Shown: positions 1-13,104 of the stretch, in pieces | Numbering within the stretch: position 1 is the first letter of the stretch | Layout of the letters: the number at the start of each line of letters is the position of its first letter | Assembly: GCF_003918875.1 (NCBI RefSeq) | Contig: NW_025766925.1 | Span: 434,001-498,000, forward strand | Direction of reading: 5' to 3' | Length of the DNA stretch: 64,000 nucleotides | From: Haliotis rubra | Lineage: Eukaryota | Position numbers and translations under genes: made by a program | Notes under the pieces: generated by a model | What the model saw: the letters and a program-made list of their open reading frames with translations, nothing else | Database searches by the model: none | What the model was told of the DNA's origin: nothing

Positions 1-558
1 TTTTGCTATCATAGCATATTTAACTGACATATAAAGTCGTCGTTTGCAAAGTAGAACGTATCAAAGAGGGATAACATTTATCCTTAATTACTGATGTGTG
101 CTTATCAACGAAACAGTTGCATCAAGATATCAATATTTGCAATATAGATAAATTACGTCTATGTAAGAGAATGTATAGTCTTGATTATCAACAGCACCAA
201 ATTCCAATTGGCGTAAAGAGCAAAATAGCAGCTAATATTATATGAATTGATCACTCTAAATCCGTGATGACACCAGGTGTTCGTCAAAGGAGTAAGCATG
301 TCCTGGGCTTCAGGTACCCGCCACAACTACTAAAGATTCTCTAAATAGTTTTAAAAGATATTGCAATAATTTACTTATGCGTTCACAGCAATTATAACGA
401 ACAATTGACTATATATATGTTAGCTTCAAAAAACTGTATCCTGATTTATTCATGTTAATAGATGAATTATCTGATTTTCAAAAGCTGTAACACCTCCTTT
501 AAAAAAAGCCCTATCCACTCTTGATAGCTTGATGACAGAGAATTTCTATTTTTCGAAG

Positions 559-896
559 GTCCTCGATCCAGGAAGGCGAAGGCGCGAGAAAGACACCAAG
601 AACAACAGCAACAGGAGGACAAACGGCCAAGGACAGCGTTCACAAATGATCAACTCCAACGTCTGAAGAAAGAGTTTGATGACTGCCGGTATCTCACAGA
701 ACAACGGAGAAAGGATCTAGCTCTGTCTCTATCACTCACGGAAGCTCAAATCAAGATCTGGTTCCAAAACAAACGGGCAAAGATCAAGAAAGCAAGTGGT
801 TTGAAGAATCCATTAGCTTTGCATCTAATGGCACAGGGACTCTATAACCATTCTACTATGAGCATGCGTGATGAACTTATGGACGTGACGTCATAG
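559..896 (+). CDS. en: Engrailed-family homeobox gene, paralogue A: final coding exon (EH2 end, EH3, homeodomain, EH5); upstream exon lies left of the window
   Basis: Acceptor ttctatttttcgaAG at 557-558. Manual phase-1 translation: (G)[114 protein letters not shown] at 894-896. [19 protein letters not shown] and LMAQGLYNH are engrailed signatures. Not in the ORF track. Confidence 0.96.
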
Positions 897-2239
897 CTCT
901 AACCTTGACATCATCATGACGTCAGCGAATGAAAGGGCGTGAAAGCGACTGTGATGAAAGTATCGTGTATTAAGTATATCTTCTCGGAACACAAGTTTCC
1001 TTCTTATCATCAGTAAAACTCATCAGTTGTATGTATTATGTACACAGACAATAGGCTGGATGGACTTTTCATCCCTTAAATCCGCAACTTGTATTTTCTC
1101 TGAATTCTCGCTATTTCTTGAAACTATGTTCGCTGTTCGCCTGCTTGCCTCTTATGCATGCTCAGCTGTGATGTCATTGGAACACTCTGCTTCCTAATGC
1201 TGTGCCGTCATCACATCGTGACGTAACAACATGACGTCATTCGTGCTATACCACTGGATTCTGTACAGGTTGCTGTCCTTTGAGCGCATTCCAATATCAG
1301 GGTAAGAATTTTACATCCTTTTGATGTGATATTTCATGTTCACATCCTTTTAAACAAAAATCAAGTTGTTTGTTTCGGTGACAGGACGTTTATCGTTTAA
1401 TATAAGTGACAGAACCTCTTCTAGAATCACACTGCTCGTTTTGATAAGCTTCATGGTGCAATACTTGAACTAATCTAGACGTCATCTTCAGGTGCATGAT
1501 TCATCGCTGTCCATAACAGTGTGTAGATAGGCCGGTAACACAGATGTGATGTCCTCACGTCTATCGCGGATACCAAGCGTATTGTCGCATTCTTGCATCT
1601 AGATAGGGATCTTCTATCACGCCAGTCATCCAATCTGCTATCTGGAGTACCGAGACATTCACTATGTCTCGTTCATTCATTTTAACCCTGGTCTATGCTG
1701 TTCTGTACAGTTACGAATGTAAACTGTCATGCACAGAATGTATGCATCTCTAGTTGATCCTTGAAATGAAACAAACAAGGGCTTATTGAATTCTAATATA
1801 ATCTATTTAGAGGATATCAGGGTTGTGTTTTGGACCTTAAGTTTGAAGTGTTTCGGCTTTTTCACAACAAATTCAATTTTCAAGCAAATACTTTTTCCAC
1901 GGCACCATTGGAGTTTTTATCACAGTTACCATCACAGTTGGTGTCGCAATTAGTATATGCAACGCTGTAAAGGTCTCTGGATCTTGAGGAACACAAATGT
2001 GCAAACTGAATACCCCTATAACATGCCTGTTAAAATGCCCATCCGCTTTGAATCGTACTAACAATAACATGAAAACAAGACACATTTGATTTATAACGAC
2101 TTATTCTTTTGTCTGCAAAGAATAGTAGGGGTAACTGTTTGTCCCATCCTCGGATTGGGGAGCGGGCAAGAAACAATCCTGAAACGTCCTTGCAACATTG
2201 CAAACCTTTCTTGTGTTTTGTGTTATTACAACATACACA

Positions 2240-2240
<1 letters not shown>

Positions 2241-2287
<47 letters not shown>

Positions 2288-2288
2288 C
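2241..2288. repeat. (GCAC)n microsatellite
   Basis: About 12 tandem GCAC units; source of the HARTHART/RACV ORFs. Confidence 0.97.
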
Positions 2289-2398
2289 ATACACACCATC
2301 ACCACTAAACTTCCATCTTTTTAAGCATACTATTAAAATGTTTGATGCTGCTGCTGCTCTCGGGACTATTCGAACCTTATAAGAGCAGATTGTAAATT

Positions 2399-2530
2399 AT
2401 CGAGTCTGTTTCAAGCAATCCTTTGATTGGTTTGATGAGCATATTCCGATAACATCAATTAAGTCAGTGAGTCTGACCATCCGATACCGTTAGTCACCTC
2501 TTAAGACAAGCATGGTTTGCTGAAGACCTA
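2399..2530 (-). mobile_element. Degenerate fragment of SINE family 2
   Basis: Colinear with the minus-strand copy at 54381-54622 (aagtcag..gtctgaccatcc..ccgttagtc.cctctta.gacaagcatgg..ctgaaga). Confidence 0.65.
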
Positions 2531-3134
2531 TTGGAAACAGTATACTTCTTAAACATTTGTGTCAAATGTAAGGCAAACACAAAATTATTGCTAAACAATA
2601 ATATTACCAAAAGGACATATTTTATTATGCGCATTCAGCTAACGTTTTGTCGAATCCCTGTATGCACGTTTGATAAATCCAGTGTCCAGTATTGAGTATT
2701 GCACACACAGCACGTTACACATTGAGGGTCAGGTAGTATCACATCCTAATTTGGAGATATCACCGCAGTATCTGTAAGAAGTGTACAGACGGCAGGAGAT
2801 CACACCACCGAGATAACCCTCTGTCACATTGTCATATGTATCAATCAGACAGCACGTACTTCACATGCAGTGTGGGGCTACCTGGCACATAGGTCTGCCT
2901 CACAGCACGTATATACAGGGTCAAGCAATAAGGAAAACCCAGATCAATTTCCACACGGTTTTAACCAGAATTTTGTTAAACCAGCGTATGGAGAATTTAA
3001 ATAAATGAGAAAGTGTAATAGTATATAGTTTCAGTAGATACTAGCCGTGAACAATTACATAAAACAACCTGTAATTTTACTTTTCGGTATATTACCAATG
3101 GGATTGTTGACGTATTTATATTTCTTTCAGTATA

Positions 3135-3300
3135 GGGACGGTGGGGTAGCCTAATGGTTAAAGCGTCCGCTCGACATGCTGAAGACCCGGGTTCGATTCC
3201 CCACATGGGTGCAATGTGTGAAGCCCATTTCTGGTGTCCCCCACCGTGATATTGCTGGAATATTGCTAAAAGCGGCGTAAAACCATACTCACTCACTCAC
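3135..3300 (+). mobile_element. tRNA-derived SINE, family 1, full length
   Basis: A-box-like TAGCCTAATGG, B-box GGTTCGATTCC, tail gatattgctggaatattgct...gcggcgtaaaac(ACTC)n. 12-bp target-site duplication TCTTTCAGTATA at 3123-3134 and 3301-3312. Confidence 0.93.
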
Positions 3301-3339
3301 TCTTTCAGTATATGACGAATCGAGTCTGGAACAATCGAC

Positions 3340-3573
3340 CTATGAAGAGCCGGTTTAGAATTGATCTTCAGCAACCCATGTTTGCCGTAGGAAGCTATTG
3401 GTGGGAAGCGCGCTAACTTGGTTGACACGTGTCATCGTTTCCCAATTGCGTAGATCGATGCTTCAGATGCCGATCACTGGATTGTCTGGCCCAGACTCGA
3501 ATATTTACAGACCGCCGCCATATAGCTGAAATATTGCTGAGTGCGGGGTTAAACAACAATCTAACAAACAAAC
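3340..3573 (+). mobile_element. SINE family 2 copy
   Basis: Matches copies at 7477, 41206 and 54381: core cccaattgcgtagatcgatgct..atcactggattgtctgg.ccagactcg; 3' tail shared with family 1. Confidence 0.85.
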
Positions 3574-4139
3574 TGGTACAGACAATGATTAATTTCATGT
3601 TTAATGAAAGTTGATGTAGTTAATTATTGACATTTTGTTCACGCGATTTGAGACCTGTATTGTTTGTTTGCTTGCAGTGGCACGTTCATCAGCTGTCCAT
3701 CATGCGGCCAGTATCACCAGCCTCCACTGCCGGTATGTTTCCCTGCGGTATCTGTGATATCACTATGGGGGCGGAGCTACACAGTACTCACTTGCTACAT
3801 GCTTCCTCTCACATCTCTCACACCAGCACGTACATGACAGCGATGACGTCACACGACGTGTCCCCATCTGCTTTTTTCATTTATTTTGTTTTTGAGGATT
3901 ACTGGGAATTTCAGGAATTACCAGACTTGGAAAATATCGATGATGGCTTAAAATGTAGTTCCATATGAAAGCCGATTGTTTACATAAATGTATGTAGTAT
4001 AGATTCCTGGCAATCATGGAAAACGGGTAAAAGACTATTAGGATATGCCACGTTACAATTTAATGACTGAATGTAAAAACATATATATTAAAAACATAAC
4101 ATTTGGACATATATTCACTTGACTCTCATATAGTAATCG

Positions 4140-4203
4140 TTCCCCGTCGTAATATTGCTGGAGTCATGATGACAGCGGCGTAAAATCATATTCACTCACT
4201 CAT
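4140..4203 (+). mobile_element. SINE family 1, 3' fragment
   Basis: tccccgtcgtaatattgctgg...cggcgtaaaatcatattcactcactca. Confidence 0.7.
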
Positions 4204-6732
4204 GCAATATGATCACGTGGCAGTAAAGCACAGAATAATGTCATGACTGACATATAGACGTGCAATACTTAAGGACTACATAGTTGACAAAGGGAAATTA
4301 ACGACGGAAAGTTACCATGAGTGACTGTTTAAAAAATATCGTGTAATTGTACCATGATTAACACATACAAATTTATACCGTGAGCGCACCACGATATACG
4401 TTCAAATATACCACGTATAAGAACCATGATTCACCAAGAATTACAAAAAATATTTCATCGTTCCCCGTTGTTTCGTTGTACGTGAAGTATATGCATATAT
4501 GAAATACACAAGCATAGAGAAAAATTATACATAAATTGCATATATTTAATTAGCATGGGGCCTGTGATAGATTAAATCATCCCCTGAAGCTGGGCTGGGA
4601 AGTAAGGGACGCTGAGGGACACCAGGTACATTCAAATTGAAATGCCTGATGAAGATAACAGCATGTCACGTTGTCAGCCGGGGAGCATGTCTCGGGTATA
4701 ATGGTTGACACATCGCCTTCACCACGCTATTATCAAACATTGGTGATGTACGTGTAGACTGACATGTTAATACTGATTGTCTTGTCATACACATTTCAAT
4801 TACGAGAGATAAAAGATCTCATCAAGGCTTCATTGACCCACATGAAAGGAACGTACCTTTACGATTTGCATGGCACATTTGCTGACAACGTTCGGTAGCC
4901 TAGTTGTTAAAGTTATTCACGACGGAGACCGGGATTCGATTCAAATCAGTAAAATATGCTGAACTCATAATCGTAATTCTTATAAAAAGGAATTATTTCA
5001 GAAAGCATTGGAGAATGTTTCCTCATGTTTTACAAAAGTAAAGTTACATAAATTTTACCCCTGGTTTCCAGAATAGAAATGGGTTAGTTAGTCAGTCAGT
5101 TACCCCGTCCCCGTAGGTCCTTCACTCAAAGTCTAGTTGCTCTACCCTATATCTGAATACTACAGCAACTATACGGAGAAAGGTGCAATTCAAATTTTAG
5201 TCACTTGAAAAATATCGAACCAAAAAATATCTATACTGATGTACAAAAGAAAGTACACACCTGGTGTTTTGAGACTATGAAAACAACGTGAATATTTTGC
5301 TATCAATGTTCCAATTGGGTACGATATGTATGGTGTTATTACAACACATACACGATGTTTGTGACTTGTGAGTCGCAATCAAAACACTTTTCTAAATATT
5401 CCGCTGTTTTTAGGAAAACATTTTACCAAAGCAGCAGGTGTGTACTTTCTTTTGTAAGTCAGTTTATATAGATTTACGTTCACAATTATTTTTTAATTTT
5501 TTTTATTGGAATTTGCATATTTGTATGCAAGCATCACAACCCTCTGAACTACCTAACCCCCAATCCCGTTTACCAACACGGGGTAAAGGGCCTCATTATT
5601 GGCGTCATCTGTATTCAAGGTTGCGTAGTGTTGTATTCGCTTTCTCTCTGATGTATGTGTAATGAGTGAATTACGTCGTTTTGCAGAGACGAAACCGTAG
5701 TGAACTGATCACGTGACCGACATCAACCAACGAAGAGGGACCTTAAGCACAGTGGTACACGAGAGTGACCGTCAGTGTCGGGGCTAAGGAAAAGGACCGA
5801 TCGATGCTCCCCGATACGCACAGAAACAAAACAGACTGATCGTGAGTGCGCTGGTAAAGCAACAGGATCGGCGTGGAACGCGACCTGACAGGGAATCATC
5901 CGGCGTTCTAATGAGTGTACATTTACAACTCCATGTTGAACTCTTATTATGTCAGTTGGTTATTATTAACAGAATTATTTTCTTCATACAAGTGCTGACC
6001 GGTCAGCAGTATAAGGGCATTATGAATATCTCTGACATATCTAATATACATGTAAATAGTAATTATTGTTACGAGCACTATTTATATGTCAAAAGTCGAC
6101 AAAAGCAGGTTACATTAAGGTACCACAAACATCATGCAGGAGATATAGATGTTATAACCTTAGGTCTAGTCCCAGGTTTGTGATCCCGTGTAACATATGT
6201 TATATCTGTGATTATCCTTTCGTTGTAAAGTAAACATTCTAGTACCTTCAGGGGTTTGGTCCTATCCGGGACTCGATCCCACACTAAGAGCGAGGCATTA
6301 ATTCGCTGGAACAGAAAGTTAGCGATCTAGCCCAGTCAGCCGTTTTCTGATCGCACAATGGAACAATATCAGTGAAGGTATTTACAACGTAACTTGAAAA
6401 AGTCAAATTAAAGCAATGTAGCAGATACATATTGAACAAGTGAAGCATTTAGTATGAAGATTTAAGTATTCCAGAGTGATATAAATTTGATGTTTTTTAT
6501 TACATTTACCTGACGAGTGGCTTCACGGTTGTAGCTGAAGTCATATGAACAGAGTCTGGAGTCAACAGATCTACTTTTTCTTGTATCTTTTTCTTTTCTT
6601 TTTCCATGTATTCCCAATAGCATTGTTAATGCATTAATGTGTTACTATTTATTATAGCAAATCTTGACATTTGAAGAGAATAAACTACCATTTAATGGAG
6701 CGTCGTAGCATCATTTTTTCTTTAAAGTTATA

Positions 6733-6851
6733 TACTCATGCCAATAATGGTTGTCATCCCCCTCCCCACCCCAACCCTACACACCTCACCTCAACCCACC
6801 CTCTCCAATTAAAAAAATTGAAGGGGGTGACAACCATTATTGGCATGAGTA
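6733..6851. mobile_element. Tc1/mariner-type (Stowaway-like) MITE, copy 1
   Basis: Perfect 24-bp TIR TACTCATGCCAATAATGGTTGTCA, TA on both sides, C-rich interior; second copy at 19314-19431. Confidence 0.92.
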
Positions 6852-6905
6852 TATTCTTAACCTAGAAAATATAAGCCAAGCTTTTTTTTGCTGAATGCTA
6901 AGGAG

Positions 6906-7061
6906 TGAGTGAGTTGAGTTTGGTTTTACGCCGCTTTTATCTATATTCCTGCAATATCGGCGGGGGACACCAGAAATGGGTTTCACACATTGTACCCATG
7001 TGGGGAATCGAACCCGGATCTTCGTCGTGAGCGAACACTTTAACCACAAGGCTTCACCACC
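6906..7061 (-). mobile_element. SINE family 1, full length
   Basis: Reverse-complement match to the 3135-3300 element; 9-bp TSD GCTAAGGAG at 6897-6905 and 7062-7070. Confidence 0.9.
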
Positions 7062-7476
7062 GCTAAGGAGGTGGAGAGAGAGAGATGCAATTTTAATAGA
7101 AACTCCATTTATATTGAAAAGGCGCCCCAGTGTAATGCGAGATCTGGGGATAATCTAGACTTGCTCTGTTTAATGCTTCAGCATCACAGAAGGGGGTGGG
7201 TGGTAGGGAAATATGGTTCCGGGACTGCCAGAAAGACAATCTTACACTGACAGAGCTTTACACACGTGATTGTCGCTGAAACATCAATGTTTATGTTATA
7301 TACAGAGTCTGACAATACAAACATACACGTAGTCACTCTTTCTGTAACTACAATATCAGCCATGTTTGTTTGAGATGAGTGTTCATCAATCGTCAATCTG
7401 ACAGAACAAGCGTTTGTCATTTCGTTTGTCGAGGTAATAGTATCGACTAGTCACACCCACCTATTAAACCTATAGT

Positions 7477-7706
7477 GAAGGTGCGGGTTAGAATATTGGT
7501 CTTCAGTAAGAGGCGACTAACGGGATCGGGTGGTCAGGCTCGCTGACTTGGTTGACACATGTCATCGGTTCCCAATTGCGTAGATCGATGCTCATGCTGC
7601 TGATCACTGGATTGTCTGGTCAAGACTGATTATTTCAGACCGCCGCCATAGAGCTGGAATATTGCTGAGTGCGGCGTAAAACTAAACTCACTAACTCCAC
7701 TCACTC
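7477..7706 (+). mobile_element. SINE family 2 copy
   Basis: Family-2 core and (ACTC)n tail; flanking direct repeat ACCTATAGT at 7468-7476 and 7707-7715. Confidence 0.88.
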
Positions 7707-8045
7707 ACCTATAGTTCAAACTCAACTAATAGGTAACTATAATGTTTCCAAATTTCTCCATAACGTCTGCAAACATTTCGGCTCCAGATTCTCTAATATG
7801 TTTCTTTGGTATTTCCCTTTTACCTTTTTGATGTCTGTAACATCACTTCCATCTCACCTAAACATCTGCAGGTATTGAACTACCTGTATGACACCTGTAC
7901 TATTTAGATGTAACTTGCTGTGTTTCCTACCACAGCGCCCGTGTCCTGTACAGCACATTCTTCTGATAGTGTTATGCATTTCACACACATGTTGTTATGC
8001 AGAGCTGGAAGTTAATGCAAAATTGACGGCGTTGTGCATTGTGAC

Positions 8046-8317
8046 GTGACGTTATACTCATGTGTGACGTTGAACACTGCTATGACGTTATGCACATGTG
8101 TGACGTAATATGCATTTGGCTGTTATCAAAGCTTGCAGGCGTATGTACAGTTCTAACATCACTGCATTGATAATGCAGGCGTGACGTTATACTCATGTGT
8201 GACGTTGAACACTGCTATGACGTTATGCACAAATGTGACGTAATATGCATTTCACTGTTATCAAAGCTTGCAGGCGTATGTACAGTTCTTACATCACTGC
8301 ATTGATAATGCAGGCGT
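8046..8317. repeat. Two-copy tandem duplication, 135-bp period, TGACGT-rich
   Basis: gtgacgttatactcatgtgtgacgttgaacactgc... starts at 8046 and again at 8181. Confidence 0.9.
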
Positions 8318-8337
8318 ATGGCCGGCATATCTACGAG

Positions 8338-8540
8338 ACCGCTTATGTGGTCTAGTAGACGGCGCGTCTGCCCGAAAATTGGACAGTCGGTGGTTCGATC
8401 CCCTCGGGTTATACCAAAGAAAACACGTTCGTTATGGGAAAATCGAACCATATCGGCTCGGAGTCAGAACTCTGACTGTGTCTGAGTGGGAAAGTCCTAG
8501 CACTATAAAACTGACATAAGCTGGGGATAGCACAGACATA
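8338..8540 (+). mobile_element. Degenerate tRNA-derived SINE (third type)
   Basis: A-box-like TGGTCTAGTAG and B-box GGTTCGATCCC with tRNA-like spacing; no tRNA acceptor stem. Confidence 0.55.
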
Positions 8541-9099
8541 CACACACCCGATAGCTGTGACATTAGGATCATCTGTGACAATGTACATTACTATGGTGCT
8601 GATATCATATGATCATCTGACCAGTAAATAGTTAAGTGTCCTGAGATGACGCATCACTGAGAAAACAACACAAGGACAGTCTCTCAAGCGGATTCCTCAG
8701 ATGTGAGTCAGCTTGACAACAACATAGACGACAATGTTTACCTACTCTCTACAGTAACAAAAAGGTTGTTTTCCTTTAAAAAATAACGAGTGATGAGTCA
8801 CTTTAGTGACCTAGAATACCGGTTATGAACATATAGAAATGAGTAAGGGCAAAGGTCTGAGTGAGAGAGTGGGTTAGGTTTTGGGGCACTTTGAACAATA
8901 TTTACCCGGGTTTTACCAGGGCATATCAAATTACTTTCCTTGAAAGGAAGGGGGTAAATGTTGCCTTCTATGTTTGCCAGTTTGTTTAACACCACGGATA
9001 TAGATATAGTTGTATGAAACTGGTGATCATACTGGGCTTGTATCTTAGATTTGATCGCATGAGTGCGCTACTCCGTCGAGCACACAGAATATGAGACAT

Positions 9100-9242
9100 N
9101 NNNNNNNNNNNNNNNNNNNNNNNNNNNNNNNNNNNNNNNNNNNNNNNNNNNNNNNNNNNNNNNNNNNNNNNNNNNNNNNNNNNNNNNNNNNNNNNNNNNN
9201 NNNNNNNNNNNNNNNNNNNNNNNNNNNNNNNNNNNNNNNNNN
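9100..9242. other. Assembly gap (143 N)
   Basis: Run of n. Confidence 1.
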
Positions 9243-9720
9243 AGCTGTCTAAGGCGCCAGGCTAGTAATCCAGCGAGCTTGGAGGTGCCGGGATCGAGCC
9301 CACCTGTGACCGGGTGTAAAACCTTGGAGTCAACTTTGTGTGCAGACTCTTTCAGTGTTGTCACAACCCCTAGTGTACAGTACACAACCCTGTGCAATTA
9401 AAAGAACCCACGATTCCGTTGGTAGATGACCAGATGGTGGCCCAATGAATACGTGCAAAAACCTAATTGCGGGTACAGCAACGTGCAGTAAACTTGGACA
9501 AAGTACTGTGACTATGTGTCCCAGTCCACCCAGCTGTGAATGGGTACCTCGTAAGGATGGGAAAGCCACATTAACTCGGTGCGCCTAGTAGGCAGCAAGA
9601 GTAGTATGATCCCCAGGGAGTTGAGATTGAAAATACAATGTGCCGTTGTGACGTCCATCCAATGGACGAGGGAAAACAAAGCGCCTTTGAGCAGTTGTAC
9701 TGGATATCGGCGCTATACAT
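9243..9720 (+). mobile_element. tRNA-derived SINE with CORE-like centre and L2-like tail; 5' end lost in the gap
   Basis: B-box-like GGGATCGAGCCC, central ccagtccacccagctgtgaatgggtacc, tail aaagcgcctttgagcagt...ggcgctatacat resembling L2-clade 3' ends (recognition from memory, not a database match). Confidence 0.6.
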
Positions 9721-12628
9721 GAGGGGTATGACATAATATAGCCAATGAATTTAGATCAGTAATACGACTTGAAGTAGGTCTGTAGCAGATCAACATTACT
9801 TACTAGTGAAACTAAGTTTCGACCTGACTATCCAGTGACAGTACGACCCGGAACGGACTAGATTTGCCTGGCAATCGTGCAGAACCCGCTAAAGTACGGA
9901 CGTCAGAGGAAGCAACCTGCACCAGCCAGCAAGACCAACAAAATGTACCATGGACTAATCGGAATTTTCTACAAAAAGAAAAGTACGTGTAGCAATCTGA
10001 ACCAAAATAGAAGCTGTAGCCAAATAATAGCTACCCAAAGGTATCAATAAACGTTTACAACCAGAAATGTACAATTCGTAAGGCGCAAAAATGACCATAA
10101 ATTTAAATGTATAAGAAATATCTTCATGGTACTAGATCGCTACTTCGTTATGATCAAAGTGACTCAAATAATCTTCAATGCATGGAAGGGTAACCTTGGT
10201 AACGTCACCCAGTGGAAGTTGAGTGCATCTTACAAGGTTTTCTTCTAAATTCTGCGTCATCAACATCGTTGTCAGATCTTGTCAGATGTTTCGATATAGC
10301 GTGTACACCATTGCCAGTGCTTGGCTAACACAGTATCCGTGCTGTCCCTTCATATACACGTATCACAATTGTCTCTGTGCCATCCACGGCATTAGAGTGA
10401 CCTTGAGTGACCTCGAGTGACCTCAAGTGATCTTAAAAGTGTATTATTATCGAAGGAAGTATATCCGTTTCAATCAATTGAACAAATACGGGTTCGACTT
10501 TCACATATCAAATTTCTTCTCATAAAAACTTAAAAGGGTGTAAGCAAAATTAAATATCAAAAGTTATGTTTACGGGATGACGTTAACTGATACAGCTCAC
10601 GGGCCAGTTTTAGTTCAAATATTCACAAGTTGCAGTCACCATCTTTTCAATAGGTATCCCGTCAACGGAACAGACACGTTGACAGCTAAAAGCCTACATC
10701 TTTCTTTAGAACAGTTCCTTCTTATGAAACACATGGAAATACAAAAATGAGGTATTGTGGGTTAGTTAAAACGATATATAAGTACTTCTGAAAGAAGAGT
10801 GTGTGCGCGTGTAGAGGCACTTCTCTCGAGAGTATTTTCACGAAATAATCCCTAATTGTATTGAATGTGTTCTGAAGTTCGTATTCTTTATCGGCCGCGG
10901 AGATTGGTTAAGCCTACCTTTCAGCAATTAAACCGATTTCGTATGTAATGGCTACCGATGTGAGCCCGATGTTCATGAACCTATGCATTCATTGTTCGAC
11001 GTTCGTAGATTTTTACACCAGATAACGTTTAGGAGCATTTTAATTCCACAGCTGATAATTGAAGAGTCATAATGGTTTTGGACAGTTAAGCTACTGTATC
11101 GTTCCTCAACCTGGGGTGAGACATTGTTTCCCGTTCAGATCGTAATCGGGAACTTCAAAATACACCCATGTTTTATGTTTTCACACATTTCATAACTTCA
11201 GCCATTAACGCAAGGACTACATTTTGTATTATACTTTCATCAGATTACTACGTCACCTTGCACGGCGTGTCACATACGTATATCAATAAAACACTTTTAT
11301 GGTCCCAGATCATATTATGATGTTATGGTTTAAACCGGCCTGCTATCTTTCAATTCTAATCCTGTCCCGTCACGCCTTGTCATCACAGTCTCTGAAATAG
11401 TTCCCTTGACACTTTTAATAATACCACACTTTGCATATATGATTTAGACATATATTTAAAATGAGAAGAATTTAACACTTCGGGGTATTCAAGCTGGTCA
11501 TAAACTTGTGTATACTGTTATTATCAGAACATGAGTTATGGCGACAGGGATACTTGTAAGGGAAAGGGTTCCATCAACGCAGAGCAAATTATAATGGACT
11601 GCTGCACATTCGGAACAATTCAAGCGTTCTCATCTTGGGATATAACGTCGCGATGTTTTTTGAGCAACATGACAAATATTTGTTTTTGTATCGTGAATAT
11701 CACGAAGAGTGAATAGCCGAAGCTTTGAAAGATACAATCTTGAAACGTTGTCGCGTATTTGACAATAGTGGTCTTGTGGTTCTCGCTGCGGGAAAGAAAG
11801 TTGCATAAATTAAGTATGAGCCGTTTTGCATGAGAGATCAAACGCTTGCTGTGACACAGGCTGGACTCAGTCGGTTAATGTGCAAGCCAGCTGCTAACTT
11901 CACCATCAACATCTGAAGGACTTGTGGCACTATTGTGCCCACGTATGTCACCCATTGATACCACTGAATACTTCTTGGGGAAATATGCAACTTTACAAGT
12001 ATAACCACAAACTAATTGGAATTTGCATTTTATCACCAGAAATCAGCGTGTTTTGAAAATTTGTAATATGCAAATTCTGTAACAGACGTGACAAATTCTA
12101 AAGTGTTTCGACACCTACATGGGTCCTCACAAATGTAACCATCATCTGTTTATGCAAAAGTAATTTATGAAGTGTATTTCTCATATTTTTATTCAAAGCC
12201 TCGTATTATGAACGCCTTACCATGCATCTGCGGACAAATGATATCATACCTGGATCTTGTTCTGTCCTGATCCTATCAGCTATTATTGTTCAGGGGGCAG
12301 AGAACAGGTGTTGTAAACTTCACCTTCTACGTGATAAATTATGTAGCACTTTCTTAAAGAAAACAATTCAGAAGAAGTGTGCAACAATATCAAGAGCATT
12401 TATTGCTTGATTCTACCATAATATGTTTCTTCACCTGGATTGTGAACATCTTCAGTGCCTTTGTACATCAAGGTGATGTAAACAGCTGATATGTCCCAAG
12501 AAGGTGTCAGACCAGGATTTCTTTCTGATAATACTCGCGGCGCGTATTATTATGTTATTAAGGTTTATACCAAACATTATAATGTGTATGGCTGTCTAAG
12601 GATATTTGAAACGTTTGAAACGACAACG

Positions 12629-12801
12629 NNNNNNNNNNNNNNNNNNNNNNNNNNNNNNNNNNNNNNNNNNNNNNNNNNNNNNNNNNNNNNNNNNNNNNNN
12701 NNNNNNNNNNNNNNNNNNNNNNNNNNNNNNNNNNNNNNNNNNNNNNNNNNNNNNNNNNNNNNNNNNNNNNNNNNNNNNNNNNNNNNNNNNNNNNNNNNNN
12801 N
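12629..12801. other. Assembly gap (173 N)
   Basis: Run of n. Confidence 1.
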
Positions 12802-13104
12802 TCTAATCGTTTCTCTCCTCAATTAGGTGCTGACTCTCACGGTGTGGGTTCGATTCAGGATGGGACTCAACCCAACCAAAGTACTTTACTGAGAAAGCGT
12901 AATCAATATATAATATATCTCAAAGACGCAATTTTCCTGCATATCGGAGATGGTACATTTAATGTTCTCATTGTTTTTTTTGACAACTCCTGAGTAAAGA
13001 CGTGCTCCCAAACTCAGAATGGACCAGCCGCAACCTGATATCGGAGATGGTATGGTGTTCACCCCAAACCTGGTTGGAAGCATTCACATTAAAACGTCAG
13101 CAGG

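Noticed and set aside
897-3005. Poly(A) site for engrailed A (ATTAAA at 2332, AATAAA at 3000)
   Set aside because: Such hexamers are expected by chance in AT-rich DNA; cannot choose without transcript data.
3135-3210. tRNA genes (also at about 6990-7061, 8340-8410, 45499-45570)
   Set aside because: A/B boxes are present, but they continue into a shared SINE body and tail, two of them with clear TSDs; no complete cloverleaf.
6508-6560. Hammerhead-like CTGACGAG followed by hairpin TGGCTTCA/TGAAGTCA
   Set aside because: No GAAA after the stem and no convincing stems I/III.
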